Source: Candidatus Woesearchaeota archaeon
GTDB lineage: Archaea > Nanobdellota > Nanobdellia > Pacearchaeales > GW2011-AR1
Assembly: GCA_964417865.1 (NCBI GenBank)
Contig: CAYQJI010000001.1
Coordinates: 14,492 to 78,491, forward strand
Length of the DNA: 64,000 bases
Reading direction: 5' to 3'
A program made the position numbers and the translations under genes. Below the pieces are notes generated by a model. It searched no databases and had not been told where the DNA came from. It saw only the letters and a list, made by a program, of their open reading frames with translations. Positions 28,704 to 38,840 of this stretch are shown here, one piece after another. How positions within the stretch are numbered: position 1 is the first letter of the stretch; the number at the start of each line of letters is the position of its first letter.

Positions 28704-29330
28704 TCACCCACCTTTATACCTTCCACGCTTCTCTAAAATCTTAAGCCTTTGAAGAATTTTATCAAAGTCCTTACTTTCTTTTTTATAACCTTCAAGAAAC
28801 TCTTCAAAAAACATTTTATAATTAGAAGAATGTTTTGTTTCTAAAGCTTGTTTAAGCAAATGTAAATCAACTGCTTTGTCCTCTATTTTTTGACTTATAA
28901 AACCTAAACCAAAATCTATTATATAAGTCTTATTCTCTTTTCCGTTAAAAATAAAATTGCTTGTTGTTAAATCTCCATGAATTATATTAGTATTATGAAG
29001 TTTTGCAATTTGATTCCCTATCTCTCTCATAATCTCTTTTTGTTTTTTCATCTCAAAATTTTCTAAACTTTCAGAAATCTTTTTTCCATCTATGTAAGGA
29101 ATCATAATTTTGTAATCTTCATTATTCTCTATTGGAGTTGGGCTATTAATTATTTCAGAAGCTTTTTTTAGGATTTTCTTTTCTGCTTTAGTTCTTTGTT
29201 TCCTAATTTTATGGTCTATCTCTTCTATCCTATAACCCTTTTTTATTCTTTCCTTAATAATTAAATTTTTATCTTTGTCTAAAAAAATTTTTGCTTCTGC
29301 TCCTTGCTGTATTAACTCTTTTTTTGGCAT
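28704..29330 (-). CDS. bud32: Bud32/Kae1-associated serine/threonine kinase (standalone)
   Basis: AEAKIFLDK...HGDLTTSNFIF...IIDFGLGF RIO/Bud32 motifs, 208 aa. Confidence 0.7.
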   Translation of the reverse strand: MPKKELIQQGAEAKIFLDKDKNLIIKERIKKGYRIEEIDHKIRKQRTKAEKKILKKASEIINSPTPIENNEDYKIMIPYIDGKKISESLENFEMKKQKEIMREIGNQIAKLHNTNIIHGDLTTSNFIFNGKENKTYIIDFGLGFISQKIEDKAVDLHLLKQALETKHSSNYKMFFEEFLEGYKKESKDFDKILQRLKILEKRGRYKGG

Positions 29331-29331
29331 T

Positions 29332-30702
29332 TTAGAATTTTAATTTTTTTCCAAACTTTTTTGCAAATTTCATCATTTGTTTTTGACTCATCATTCCAGA
29401 AAAATTATTAGAATTAACCCCCGATTTTATAACCTCATTTAAAAGTTTGTATTGCTTTAATAAAGATCTAACTTCACTTGTTGTTGTGCCTGAACCTTTT
29501 GCTATTCTTTGTAACCTGGAATTTTGTTTTTCTATTATTTCTGGATTATCTTTTTCTTCTTCTGTCATAGACTTAATTATATGTTCCCATCCCTTTATTT
29601 TTTCTTGCTGATTTTCGATTAAATCATTAGATATTTTTTTGTTTATATCTGAAAATCCTGGAATTAAAGATTTAATTTTAGATAGTCCTCCTATTTCATT
29701 CATAGACTTAACTTGTTCTACAACGTCTTCTAATCTTAATTTTCCCTCTTCTATACTTTTTTGAATCTTTTTTTGTTTTTGTTCGTCTGTTATCAAATTT
29801 ATTTTTTGAATTAAAGAATTTAAATCTCCTAATCCTAAAAGTCTTGAAAGAAAAGAAGAAGGGTTAAATTCTTCTATATCATTTATTTTTTCACCATTCG
29901 TTATAAAGTAAATTGGAGATTTTGTTTCTGCACAAGCTGTCAAAGCTCCTCCTGCTTTTGCTGTTGAATCCATTCTTGTTACTATGACTCCAGAAATATT
30001 AACTGCTTCTTTAAATTGTTTTGATTGATTTTTTGCAGCTTGCCCGATATCTGCAGGAATTACAAGAATAGATTCTGTTGGTTTTGCTTCTTTTTCTATA
30101 TCTTTTATTTCTTTGATTAAATCTTCATCTAATGTATGTCTTCCAGCCGTGTCTATTAAAACCAAATTATAATCTCTTAATTTCTTTTCATACTCTTTTA
30201 ATATTTTTACAGGATTTTTTTCTTTTGTATCAATAAAATAGTTTAATTTGTTTTTTTCAGCTAATTGTTTCAATTGTTCTGAAGCTGCTGGTCTATAAAC
30301 ATCTAAACCTACTAAAGCAACCTTAAATCCTCTTTTTGCATAATAATTTCCTAATTTTGCGATTGTTGTTGTTTTTCCACTTCCATATAAACCTAAGAGA
30401 ATTATTACATTCCTCTTTGAATTTAATTTTAATGGAGAATATTCTCCTAAAATAGAAGTTAATTCATCATGTAATAATTTGATAAGATGTTCTTTTTTTT
30501 CAATTCCTTTGATTCTTTCATCTAACCCCTCTTTTCTTATTTTTTCGCTTAATTCTTTAACCAATAAAATATTTACATCAGCTTCTATTAATGCTCTTTG
30601 TAATTCTCTTACTATTTCATCTAATTCTTCTTTATCTAAGAATATTGCATTAGCAATTTTATCTGTTGCTTTTTTTATAGCATTTCCTAATTTTTCTAAC
30701 AT
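29332..30702 (-). CDS. srp54: signal recognition particle protein Srp54
   Basis: N, G (GLYGSGKTTT, DTAGR) and M domains. Confidence 0.9.
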   Translation of the reverse strand: MLEKLGNAIKKATDKIANAIFLDKEELDEIVRELQRALIEADVNILLVKELSEKIRKEGLDERIKGIEKKEHLIKLLHDELTSILGEYSPLKLNSKRNVIILLGLYGSGKTTTIAKLGNYYAKRGFKVALVGLDVYRPAASEQLKQLAEKNKLNYFIDTKEKNPVKILKEYEKKLRDYNLVLIDTAGRHTLDEDLIKEIKDIEKEAKPTESILVIPADIGQAAKNQSKQFKEAVNISGVIVTRMDSTAKAGGALTACAETKSPIYFITNGEKINDIEEFNPSSFLSRLLGLGDLNSLIQKINLITDEQKQKKIQKSIEEGKLRLEDVVEQVKSMNEIGGLSKIKSLIPGFSDINKKISNDLIENQQEKIKGWEHIIKSMTEEEKDNPEIIEKQNSRLQRIAKGSGTTTSEVRSLLKQYKLLNEVIKSGVNSNNFSGMMSQKQMMKFAKKFGKKLKF

Positions 30703-30743
30703 CTTCTTAAAAGTATTTTAAAGGTTATTAAATTTTGGGTATT

Positions 30744-31871
30744 TCAATTTTTGTAATCTTTTTCAAATTTTTCCTTAAATTCTTTAAATTTATTCTTTTT
30801 TATTTGTTTTTTTGCTTTTTCTATCAATTTGGTTAAGAAATAAACATTATGATACATTGCTAATCTTTGGCCTAAGGGTTCTTCATTTATAAGTTGATAC
30901 CTTAAAAAAGCTTTAGTATAATTTTTACAAACAAAGCAATCACATTCTTTATCAAGAGGAGTATAATCAAATTTATATTTTTCATTTAAAATTTTAATTT
31001 TTCCATTCCAAGTAAATAATGTCCCTCTTCTAGCACTTTGTGTAGGCATTCTTGAATCAAATATATCAACCCCTAATTCTATCCCTTTAAGAATTTCTAT
31101 TGGTGTACCTATACCCATAAGATAAACTGGTTTTTCTTTTGGCAAAATTTCTTTTACTACTTTCACTGCATTAAACTCTTCTTCAATTGTTTCGCCTAAA
31201 CCAAACCCACCTATTGAATAACCATCAAAATCTAATTTCATTAAAGTTTTTGTTTGATCTTCTCTTAAATCTTTATAGATACCGCCTTGGATTATCCCAA
31301 ATAATAATTGTCTCTTATTTTTTGGAATTTCTTTTTGTAATTCTTCATGATGTATTTTACATCTCTTTGCCCATGCTTTTGTTTTTTCTCCGGCTTCTTC
31401 AATTTGTTTTTTTGTATGGTTATACAGGGGCATAGAGTCTAAGGACATAGCAACATCACTTCCAATATCTAATTGAATTTCTATATCTTTTTCAGGAGTT
31501 ATAAAAATTTTTTCTCCATTTATTGGATTTCTAAATAAAACTCCTTTGTCTGAAGAGGATAAATAAATGTTTTTAGAATACATTTGAAAACCCCCACAAT
31601 CAGTAAAGTTTAACCCTTTCCAATTCATGAATTTTTTTATTCCTCCTGCTTTCTTTATTATTTCAGAACCTTGCCTTAAATATAAAATAAAAGCATTGGA
31701 AATTGTTGTTTGAACACCCATCTTATGAAGTTCTTCTACAGTTATACCCTTTGTGGCTGCTCTTGTTGCAACAGGCATAAAAAAAGGAGTTTCAGCTGTT
31801 CCACTTTTAGTTTTTAATTTTCCTATACGTGCCTTTGTCTTTTTATCTTCGTAAATTATCTTAAAAGTCAT
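30744..31871 (-). CDS. tgt: tRNA-guanine transglycosylase, catalytic domain only (no C-terminal PUA domain)
   Basis: GGFQ, MGIGTP, LGVDIFD, zinc site CDCFVC. 375 aa. Confidence 0.8.
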   Translation of the reverse strand: MTFKIIYEDKKTKARIGKLKTKSGTAETPFFMPVATRAATKGITVEELHKMGVQTTISNAFILYLRQGSEIIKKAGGIKKFMNWKGLNFTDCGGFQMYSKNIYLSSSDKGVLFRNPINGEKIFITPEKDIEIQLDIGSDVAMSLDSMPLYNHTKKQIEEAGEKTKAWAKRCKIHHEELQKEIPKNKRQLLFGIIQGGIYKDLREDQTKTLMKLDFDGYSIGGFGLGETIEEEFNAVKVVKEILPKEKPVYLMGIGTPIEILKGIELGVDIFDSRMPTQSARRGTLFTWNGKIKILNEKYKFDYTPLDKECDCFVCKNYTKAFLRYQLINEEPLGQRLAMYHNVYFLTKLIEKAKKQIKKNKFKEFKEKFEKDYKN

Positions 31872-31910
31872 GAAAATAGGATTAATTCAAGGTATTTAAA
31901 ATTTGAGAAT

Positions 31911-31940
31911 TTGTGAGCTGTAAAGTTAGCGACACTTATT
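31911..31940 (-). promoter_or_regulatory. conserved upstream motif, copy 3, 5' of tgt
   Basis: AATAAGTGTCGCTAACTTTACAGCTCACAA on the gene strand. Confidence 0.4.
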
Positions 31941-32052
31941 TTGGTGCAAAAGATAAATCAGCCCAGACCAATTTAAAAACTTCTGGTTCTTAATTCTTCT
32001 ATAACGATTATGAAAACCTTTGCTGAACTCAAAATTTCTTTAAGAAATTTTG

Positions 32053-32252
32053 CCACGCCTTGCAGGCTCTCGCTTACGCTCGGGACGCCTAACAGTGATT
32101 AAGAGGGAAAATCTTCGGCTCAGATTTTCCCCAAATTTTTGCTTCGCAAAAACTTCTCTTAATCGCATACGTTATAAGCAATTCAGAATTTGGTAGTTAC
32201 CGGCCACTCACCATTAATTTGAAAGGATCACAAAACTGAAAAATCCTTTTCT
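32053..32252. ncRNA. GC-enriched structured non-coding region (unidentified structured RNA; SRP RNA or other candidate)
   Basis: A 440-bp non-coding gap with locally about 50% GC. Contains an 11-bp helix GUGAUUAAGAG/CUCUUAAUCGC enclosing two perfect hairpins (GGAAAAUCU-UCGGCUC-AGAUUUUCC, UUUUUGC-UUC-GCAAAAA) and a 3' 7-bp hairpin (32222-32249) followed by a U-run. No 5S rRNA, RNase P RNA or tRNA motifs match. Confidence 0.3.
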
Positions 32253-32313
32253 TAACCCTTACATTAGGTAAATTTTTATTTATAGCTCAAGAATTTGTTT
32301 TAAATTTATTTTT

Positions 32314-33453
32314 TTATAAACCTAATTTTTCAATAAACTTTTTTTTATCAAAGGGTTCTATATCTTTATACTCTTGACCTGTCCCTAAGTATAAGATAGG
32401 TTTTTTTGTGATATAACCAAGAGAAAGAGCTGTACCACCTTTCTCGTCAATGTCTGCCTTTGTTAGCACAATTCCATCAATCCCTATTGTTTCATCAAAA
32501 CTTTTTATTTGTTCAACAGAATCATTTCCGGTTATACTTTCACCAACAAATATTTTTTTATCTGGTTTACATACATTTACTATTTTTTCCATCTCTCTTA
32601 ATAGATTTTTTTGAGTGTGCATTCTTCCTGCTGTATCTATTAAAACGCAATCAATATTATTCTTTTCTGCATATTTTATTGCATCAAAACCTACTGCAGC
32701 AGGATCTGCACCATACTCATGACTTATCATTTTTATATTTAGTCTTTCAGCATGTTTTTCTAATTGTTCAATTGATGCTGCTCGAAATGTATCTCCTGCA
32801 GCTATCACGCAAGAAATTTTATTCTCTTTTAAATAATTAGTGATTTTTCCAATTGTTGTTGTTTTTCCACTCCCATTTATACCACAGAATAAAACGACAT
32901 AAGGTCTTTTTTCTTTATTTTTTATCTCTTTTAAGAGGTCTTGTCCTTGAATTAAAATTTCTTCTATTATCTCTTTTAAAGAGTTTTTAATTTCCTTTTC
33001 AATCTCTTTAATTGTTATCTCTTTATTGGATATTTTATCTTCAAGCTCTTTAAGTATTTTATCTACAACTTCTAAAGCTACATTATTCTCTAAAAGAATA
33101 AATTCTAATTCTTCTTTATATTTTTCAAACTCTTTTTCAGAGATTTTTACTTTTCTATTAACTAATCCTATCTTTTCAAAAAAACCTTTTTTCTTAGAAT
33201 TTTCTTCTTTAATCTCTTCTTGACTACTTTCTTTAATCCCTTTTTCAATTTCTTCTTGCTTTGTTTGTCCCTCTTTTTCTAATGTTTTTTCCTTATTTTT
33301 TATTTTTTGTTCTTTTTTCTTAAATTTCTCTTTCTTATCTTTCTCATTTTCCTTAATTATTTTATTCTCTTCTTGAAATTCTTCAGATTTCTCTTTATCT
33401 TTTGCAAAACTTTTTGCCCAATTTCCTAGTTTTTCCTTTAAAAATTTGAACAT
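32314..33453 (-). CDS. ftsY: signal recognition particle receptor FtsY (KE-rich N-terminal region)
   Basis: GINGSGKTTT, DTAGR, TKADID motifs. Confidence 0.9.
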   Translation of the reverse strand: MFKFLKEKLGNWAKSFAKDKEKSEEFQEENKIIKENEKDKKEKFKKKEQKIKNKEKTLEKEGQTKQEEIEKGIKESSQEEIKEENSKKKGFFEKIGLVNRKVKISEKEFEKYKEELEFILLENNVALEVVDKILKELEDKISNKEITIKEIEKEIKNSLKEIIEEILIQGQDLLKEIKNKEKRPYVVLFCGINGSGKTTTIGKITNYLKENKISCVIAAGDTFRAASIEQLEKHAERLNIKMISHEYGADPAAVGFDAIKYAEKNNIDCVLIDTAGRMHTQKNLLREMEKIVNVCKPDKKIFVGESITGNDSVEQIKSFDETIGIDGIVLTKADIDEKGGTALSLGYITKKPILYLGTGQEYKDIEPFDKKKFIEKLGL

Positions 33454-33545
33454 TTCAATTATCTATAACTTGTTAGTCTTTTATTCTTTTCTAATATTTT
33501 TATAGTTCTTGAGGGAATATAAATTTTTATAAAGAATTAAGTTCT

Positions 33546-34811
33546 TTGATTTTTATGAAAGGTATACTTATAATCTTAGATGGTGCTGCAGATTTACCTA
33601 ATGAAAAGTTAAACAATAAAACTCCTTTAGAAATAGCTAAAACTCCTAATCTGAATTTCCTTGCTTCAAGAAGTGAATTGGGATATATGTACTCTGTAAG
33701 ACCAGGATTTATACCGGAGTCAGATGAAGCTATTGTTTCTATATTTGGAAATGACTTAATCTCAAGTACTAGGGGTCAATTGGAAGCCAGAGGCTTGGGC
33801 TTTAAACCAATGAGGGGGGATTTAGTCTTAAGGGCTAATTTTGCAACAATCGACTCAATTGAATCAGGAAATATTATAGATAGAAGAGCAGGAAGAACTT
33901 TATCAACTTCTGAAGCAGAAATTTTAGAAAAAGCAATAAATAAACAAGTTAAACTTCCTTGTAATTTTATATTTAAGATAAGTGTTGGGCATAGAGCTAG
34001 TCTGATTTTTAAAGGAGGCTTTTCTGATAATATCTCTGGAAATGATACAAGTATTTATTCTCAGGGTAAAACTTTTTCATCTGACAAAATATCAAGATGT
34101 AAACCTCTTGATGATGAAGAGAATTCTCAGTACTCTGCAAATGTTGTTAATGAATTTTTAGAAAAAGCTTATAATGTTTTAAAAGATCACCCTATCAATC
34201 TTGAAAGAATAAGAAAAGGGCTTTTGCCTGCTAATTTCATTCTTGTGAGGGGTGCAGGAATAGAACCCCCAAAATTAAAATTTTATAGGAAATGGGTTTC
34301 AGCAGCGTATATGCCTCTTGAAATAGGTTTTTCAAAAGTTTCAGGAATGAAAACTTATAATTTTAAATATCCTGAACTAAAAGGTATTGATGTTTATGCT
34401 AACCTTTATGAAGGTTTAAGAAAAGCTTGTAAATTTTCTAATTGGATATTGAAAAAAAATCTGAGAAAAGCAGATTTTCTTTATATTCACATTAAAGAAA
34501 CAGATATACCTGGGCATGACAATAAACCTTTTGAAAAAATTCAGATGATAGAACTTATTGATAAAATGCTTTTTTCTTATATAAACAGAATAGTATTTCC
34601 AAATCATATTAAAGTTTTAGTTACTTGTGACCATTCTACACCATGCAAAAATAAAGCGCATTCTGCTGATCCTGTTCCTGTCTTATTTTACAAAGGGGAT
34701 TATTCTGAAATAAAAGAAAAAAGATTTAATGAAAAAGATTCAAAAAAAGGAGAATTGGGAAGAATAGAAACAGGAAAAGAATTATTTCAAAAAACTAATT
34801 TTTTAAAATAG
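33546..34811 (+). CDS. apgM: 2,3-bisphosphoglycerate-independent phosphoglycerate mutase, archaeal type
   Basis: ILDGAADLP, ETDIPGHD, VTCDHSTP motifs. Confidence 0.75.
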   Translation: MIFMKGILIILDGAADLPNEKLNNKTPLEIAKTPNLNFLASRSELGYMYSVRPGFIPESDEAIVSIFGNDLISSTRGQLEARGLGFKPMRGDLVLRANFATIDSIESGNIIDRRAGRTLSTSEAEILEKAINKQVKLPCNFIFKISVGHRASLIFKGGFSDNISGNDTSIYSQGKTFSSDKISRCKPLDDEENSQYSANVVNEFLEKAYNVLKDHPINLERIRKGLLPANFILVRGAGIEPPKLKFYRKWVSAAYMPLEIGFSKVSGMKTYNFKYPELKGIDVYANLYEGLRKACKFSNWILKKNLRKADFLYIHIKETDIPGHDNKPFEKIQMIELIDKMLFSYINRIVFPNHIKVLVTCDHSTPCKNKAHSADPVPVLFYKGDYSEIKEKRFNEKDSKKGELGRIETGKELFQKTNFLK

Positions 34812-34859
34812 TAAAATAATAATAGTAACTATTAAAAATTACTAATTCTTCCTTACTTT

Positions 34860-35408
34860 ATGATTACTTATAATGAAATTTATGAAGCCTCAAAAAAGGA
34901 AAGATATTCTGAACAATTGCAGCCTCTTCCAAAAAACTTTGTTAATGAAGTTGCTTCTTATTTAAAAGAAAAAGAGAATTATTTAGAGAGGGAAGAGTCT
35001 CTTTCAGATAGCTCTATCAAAACAAAAAAACAATTAGAAAATGCTATAACTTTATTTAAAGAATTAATTTTGAGAAGAAAGAAAAAAATTCTTAATCTTG
35101 TTTTAATCGCTTCTGAAACAGGGATATCTAAACAAGATTTTGAAAATATGCTAAATTTTGAAAAAAATTTATTTGATGAATTAATGAAATCTTTAGAAGA
35201 ATCTGATAAATATATTAATGATCTATTGAATGGAAGTTCTTCTGACCCAAAAAATAAATTAATTCTCTTTAAAGATAATGTCGGAGAATTTATGGGGCTT
35301 GAAGGAGAAAAAATGGGACCTTATGAAAAAGGGCAGATAGCTAATCTCCCAAAAGAGATTGCCAAAATTCTTATAGATGACAATAAAGCAGAAGAAATTG
35401 AAGAGTAA
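34860..35408 (+). CDS. GINS subunit Gins51-like (putative)
   Basis: N-terminus YEASKKERYSEQLQPLPKNFVNEVASYL resembles the archaeal Gins51 LxPLPxDFY signature. Helical. Confidence 0.4.
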   Translation: MITYNEIYEASKKERYSEQLQPLPKNFVNEVASYLKEKENYLEREESLSDSSIKTKKQLENAITLFKELILRRKKKILNLVLIASETGISKQDFENMLNFEKNLFDELMKSLEESDKYINDLLNGSSSDPKNKLILFKDNVGEFMGLEGEKMGPYEKGQIANLPKEIAKILIDDNKAEEIEE

Positions 35409-35478
35409 AGCCTGTAGAGGGATTTGAACCCCCGACCCTCTGCTTACAAGGCAGATGCTCTGCCACTGAGCTATACAG
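35407..35478 (-). tRNA. tRNA-Thr (UGU)
   Basis: Acceptor GCCUGUA/UACAGGC, D GCUC/GAGC, anticodon loop CUUGUAA, T-loop UUCAAAU, U73. Confidence 0.85.
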
Positions 35479-35515
35479 GCATAATATTCTTTAGAAAAGT
35501 TAGTTCTTTAAAAAT

Positions 35516-36052
35516 TTAATCTTTATTTTTCATTTCTAAAATTCTTATATCACAGAAAGATAATGGGTAAATTTTCTTTAATTTTTGACTTAAATTTCTT
35601 TGAATTTGTCCCTTTAATAAATCTTCAAATAAACTTTCAGAATTCTTATCTTTAACATAACTCAATAATTCTTCTTTACATTTGTTTCTTAAACTTTTCC
35701 TTATATTCCTTGAAACTTTTCTTCTTGTGACTAAAAAGGGTTTGATAATAACCTCGTTGTCTTTTGTTTTTGCTACAAATGAATCCTCAACATAGTTTGT
35801 TCCTTTTTTAACAACTCTCCTTATAAAATAAGGTAATATAATCATTTTTTTAGGATAAGAAACAAGTTTTCCATCTTTCAATTTAACTTTTAAAGTTAAT
35901 AATAATCCTTTTCCTCTCATCATTCTTGTTAAATCATATTTTATGTATCTATTCTCTAATTCTTTTTGATCATAAGCATATAATTCTGTTTTTTTGTTGA
36001 TGATCGGAATTTCAACTTCAAAAAATTTCTTTTTCTTTTTTTCTTGTGCCAT
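35516..36052 (-). CDS. rps3ae: ribosomal protein S3Ae (eS1)
   Basis: KKKKFFEVEIPII... pattern and size (178 aa) fit eS1. Confidence 0.55.
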   Translation of the reverse strand: MAQEKKKKKFFEVEIPIINKKTELYAYDQKELENRYIKYDLTRMMRGKGLLLTLKVKLKDGKLVSYPKKMIILPYFIRRVVKKGTNYVEDSFVAKTKDNEVIIKPFLVTRRKVSRNIRKSLRNKCKEELLSYVKDKNSESLFEDLLKGQIQRNLSQKLKKIYPLSFCDIRILEMKNKD

Positions 36053-36053
36053 T

Positions 36054-36365
36054 TTATTCTTGAATTACTTTACTTGTTCTGTGTCCTTTTTTTTGATATT
36101 TAGATTTTCCACAGACTGTACAAGTATACATAATATTTCTTTTTTTATTTGTTTTTGTTTTTCTTTTGAATTTTGAAACAGCAGGTTTTGAACCCCATTT
36201 ACCCTTATTTCCTATACCTCTACCTAAACCCCTTAGTTTAGCTCTGCTGATGCTACCTCTAGTGAGAGTTCCTCTTTTTGCTCCTGTTGATATTACTTTA
36301 ATCTTTTGCTCAGTTTTCTTTTTACAGTAAGGGCAATATCTTTTTGTTGTTTTTGGTATTTTCAT
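36054..36365 (-). CDS. rpl44e: ribosomal protein L44e (eL42)
   Basis: YCPYCKKKTEQK...GKWGSKP...YTCTVCGK zinc ribbon, 103 aa. Confidence 0.8.
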   Translation of the reverse strand: MKIPKTTKRYCPYCKKKTEQKIKVISTGAKRGTLTRGSISRAKLRGLGRGIGNKGKWGSKPAVSKFKRKTKTNKKRNIMYTCTVCGKSKYQKKGHRTSKVIQE

Positions 36366-36401
36366 AAAGATGAAAAAAGAAAAAGCTTTTTAAATATTAC
36401 T

Positions 36402-36719
36402 CTATCTGCTTAAATTTAAGAATTTCATATTTAAGCTTTTATTTTTGCTTAAATTTTGAAAAATTGTGAGATTTGAAGAATTTAATTTTGGAAATAAACT
36501 TTGTAAAATTTCAGGAATTATAGGTTTATTTGTTATTAGTCTTACAAAAACCCACATTACAAAAAGGACTAAAATAATTAGTAATATCTGTTTTAATTTT
36601 AATTTTTTCTTTTGGTTTTCATAAAAATCATAACCGCACTTTATACAATATCTATTCTTTATATCATTTGGGGTGCCACATCTAGGACAGTATTTAATAT
36701 TTTTATCCACCTTTTTCAT
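36402..36719 (-). CDS. zinc-ribbon (CPRCG...CIKCG) single-pass membrane protein
   Basis: N-terminal C4 ribbon followed by one TM helix. Confidence 0.4.
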   Translation of the reverse strand: MKKVDKNIKYCPRCGTPNDIKNRYCIKCGYDFYENQKKKLKLKQILLIILVLFVMWVFVRLITNKPIIPEILQSLFPKLNSSNLTIFQNLSKNKSLNMKFLNLSR

Positions 36720-36779
36720 AACTCTTATTACCTCTTTTTATTTATAAATTAATCTAAATTATTAAATTAAATCTTGTAA

Positions 36780-36850
36780 TGGCCTCACCAAGGATCGAAC
36801 TTGGGCATTGTCCACGTCAAGGACATAGTCTACCATTAGCTTATGAGGCC
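36780..36850 (-). tRNA. tRNA-Val (GAC)
   Basis: Acceptor GGCCUCA/UGAGGCC, anticodon loop UUGACGU, T-loop UUCGAUC, A73. One C12-A23 mismatch in the D stem. Confidence 0.75.
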
Positions 36851-36950
36851 TTTCTTTATTTTAAAGTAATATTTTATTTAAATTTTCTTATTTCTTTTTT
36901 GAAATTTATTAAATTCTAATAAGATTTATATATCTCTTTCTCGTTATTTC

Positions 36951-38840
36951 TTGATGATGTTTAAAGAGGGAAAAATTCATTTTTATTCAAGTAAAAAATT
37001 TTTTAAAAAAGGCCAATTAACAATCTTTATTATAGTTGCTTTATTAATTGTTTCTGGGGTTATTGTTTTCTTTTTATTTAGAAATAACATTATAAAAGAG
37101 AGTGTTCCTATAACAATTCAACCTGTTTATAACACTTTTGATTCTTGTATCCAGGATATTGGGAAAAAGGGGATATATCTATTAGAATCTCAAGGGGGTT
37201 ATATTTATCTTCCAGAATATCAAAAAGGTTCTTATAATTTCCCTTCTTCATCTTATCTAAACTTTATGGGCAATAATATCCCTTTTTGGGATTATTTTTC
37301 TTCTACTTCATTAGAAAAAAAGCAAATTCCTTCTAAAACCGATATGGAGGATCAATTAAAAAGGTTTATAGAATCCAATGTAAAAAATTGTGATTTTTCT
37401 ACAAATTATGCTCAAGGATTTGAGATTACACTTAAAGATTTTAGTGTTTCTCCTAAAATTTTAGATAATAAAATAACAATTGATTCTTCATTTAATATGA
37501 ATATTAGCTTAAATAACGAATCTTTTTCTATTAATCATTATAAAACAGATTTAACTTCTAATTTAGGAGTGTTATATGAAGATGCTCTAAAAGTTTATAG
37601 TCAAGAAGAGGAAACTCTTTTATTAGAGAATTATACGATTGATGTTTTAAGGCTTTATGCTCCTGTTGATGGTTTTGAGATATCATGCTCTCCAAAGGTT
37701 TGGAATATCAATAAAATCTATTATGATTTAAAAAACTCTCTTGAGCCAAATATACAATCAATAACCTCAGAAAAAAATAAAAATCCTAAACCTGAAAATA
37801 ATAAATACTTCTATAGAGATTTTAAAACACAAGGAAGTGTTAAATTTTTAACTTTTATGGATTGGCCAATGTTTTTAGAAGTTAACCCTTCTCAAGGAGA
37901 TTTACTCATTGCTAATCCTGTTGGAAATACCCCTGAACTAAGTATTTTAGGTTTTTGTTTTATTCCTTACCACTTTGTTTATTCTTTAAATTACCCTGTA
38001 CTTGTTCAAATTTCAAAGAATGATGAAACATTTCAATTCCCTCTTGTTGTCTATATAGATAAAAACAAACCAAAATCTGCTTTAACAAAAAAAACAGATT
38101 CTTCCTCTATTGATATTTGTTCTAACAAAGTTACCCCTATAACCCTAAATGTTCATGATACTTCAAATAATTTAATTCCTTTTAGTGTTAATTTTGAATG
38201 TATAAATGAGGATTGTTATATTGGAAATTCTTCTACAGGTAATTCTACATTTTTATTCCCAGAATGTGTGAATGGTGTTGTAAAAATAAATTCAAATAAT
38301 TTTCTTGAATCAAAAGTAGTATTAGACAATACTCTCCAAGAATCAGAACTAAATATCTATTTAACAAAAACTTATCCTATCGGTGTTCAAATTAATTTAG
38401 ATAACATGCCTTCTAATGAAGAAGCTTTAATCTCTTTTAATTTTAATGATTATTCAAAAACCCTTTTTTACCCTAAAGAAAAAATAATAAACCTTTCTGA
38501 AGGTGTTTATAATATTTCAGTAAAAGTTTATAAAAATTCTTCTTTAACTATCCCAGAAACAGAGACAGAGATATGTGTGCCTATAAAATCAGGAATAAAA
38601 GGTTTATTAGGAATATCTGAAAATAGTTGTTCAAAGATTAAAATTCCTAGTCAAATTATGTCCAATGTTCCTGTTGGGGGAGGGATAATCCGAGATTATG
38701 AGATTTCAGAATCACAATTAAAAAATTCAAGAATTATACAATTAAATGTTCAATCTTTAAAAACTCCAACTGACTTTTTAAGTATACAAAAAAATGTTTT
38801 GTTAACAGATGAAAATGAAATAGAGGTAAATTTAATATGA
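36951..38840 (+). CDS. pilin-like large extracellular protein (class III signal peptide KKGQ/LTIFIIVALLIV), 629 aa
   Basis: N-terminal positively charged stretch then hydrophobic helix. Overlaps the next gene by 4 bp (ATGA). Confidence 0.45.
   Translation: MMMFKEGKIHFYSSKKFFKKGQLTIFIIVALLIVSGVIVFFLFRNNIIKESVPITIQPVYNTFDSCIQDIGKKGIYLLESQGGYIYLPEYQKGSYNFPSSSYLNFMGNNIPFWDYFSSTSLEKKQIPSKTDMEDQLKRFIESNVKNCDFSTNYAQGFEITLKDFSVSPKILDNKITIDSSFNMNISLNNESFSINHYKTDLTSNLGVLYEDALKVYSQEEETLLLENYTIDVLRLYAPVDGFEISCSPKVWNINKIYYDLKNSLEPNIQSITSEKNKNPKPENNKYFYRDFKTQGSVKFLTFMDWPMFLEVNPSQGDLLIANPVGNTPELSILGFCFIPYHFVYSLNYPVLVQISKNDETFQFPLVVYIDKNKPKSALTKKTDSSSIDICSNKVTPITLNVHDTSNNLIPFSVNFECINEDCYIGNSSTGNSTFLFPECVNGVVKINSNNFLESKVVLDNTLQESELNIYLTKTYPIGVQINLDNMPSNEEALISFNFNDYSKTLFYPKEKIINLSEGVYNISVKVYKNSSLTIPETETEICVPIKSGIKGLLGISENSCSKIKIPSQIMSNVPVGGGIIRDYEISESQLKNSRIIQLNVQSLKTPTDFLSIQKNVLLTDENEIEVNLI

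Noticed and set aside
31872-32313. Interpretation of the GC-rich island as 5S rRNA, RNase P RNA or tRNA
   Set aside because: There is a partial UCAGAA/GGUAGU resemblance to 5S but in the wrong order. There are no RNase P P4 (GGAAAGUCCGGGC / ACAGAAxCCGGCUUA) blocks and no T-loop. It is kept only as an unidentified structured RNA.
36780-36850. Doubt about tRNA-Val because of a C12-A23 mismatch in the D stem
   Set aside because: All other arms, the anticodon stem and the T-loop are canonical, so it is retained as a tRNA with slightly reduced confidence.
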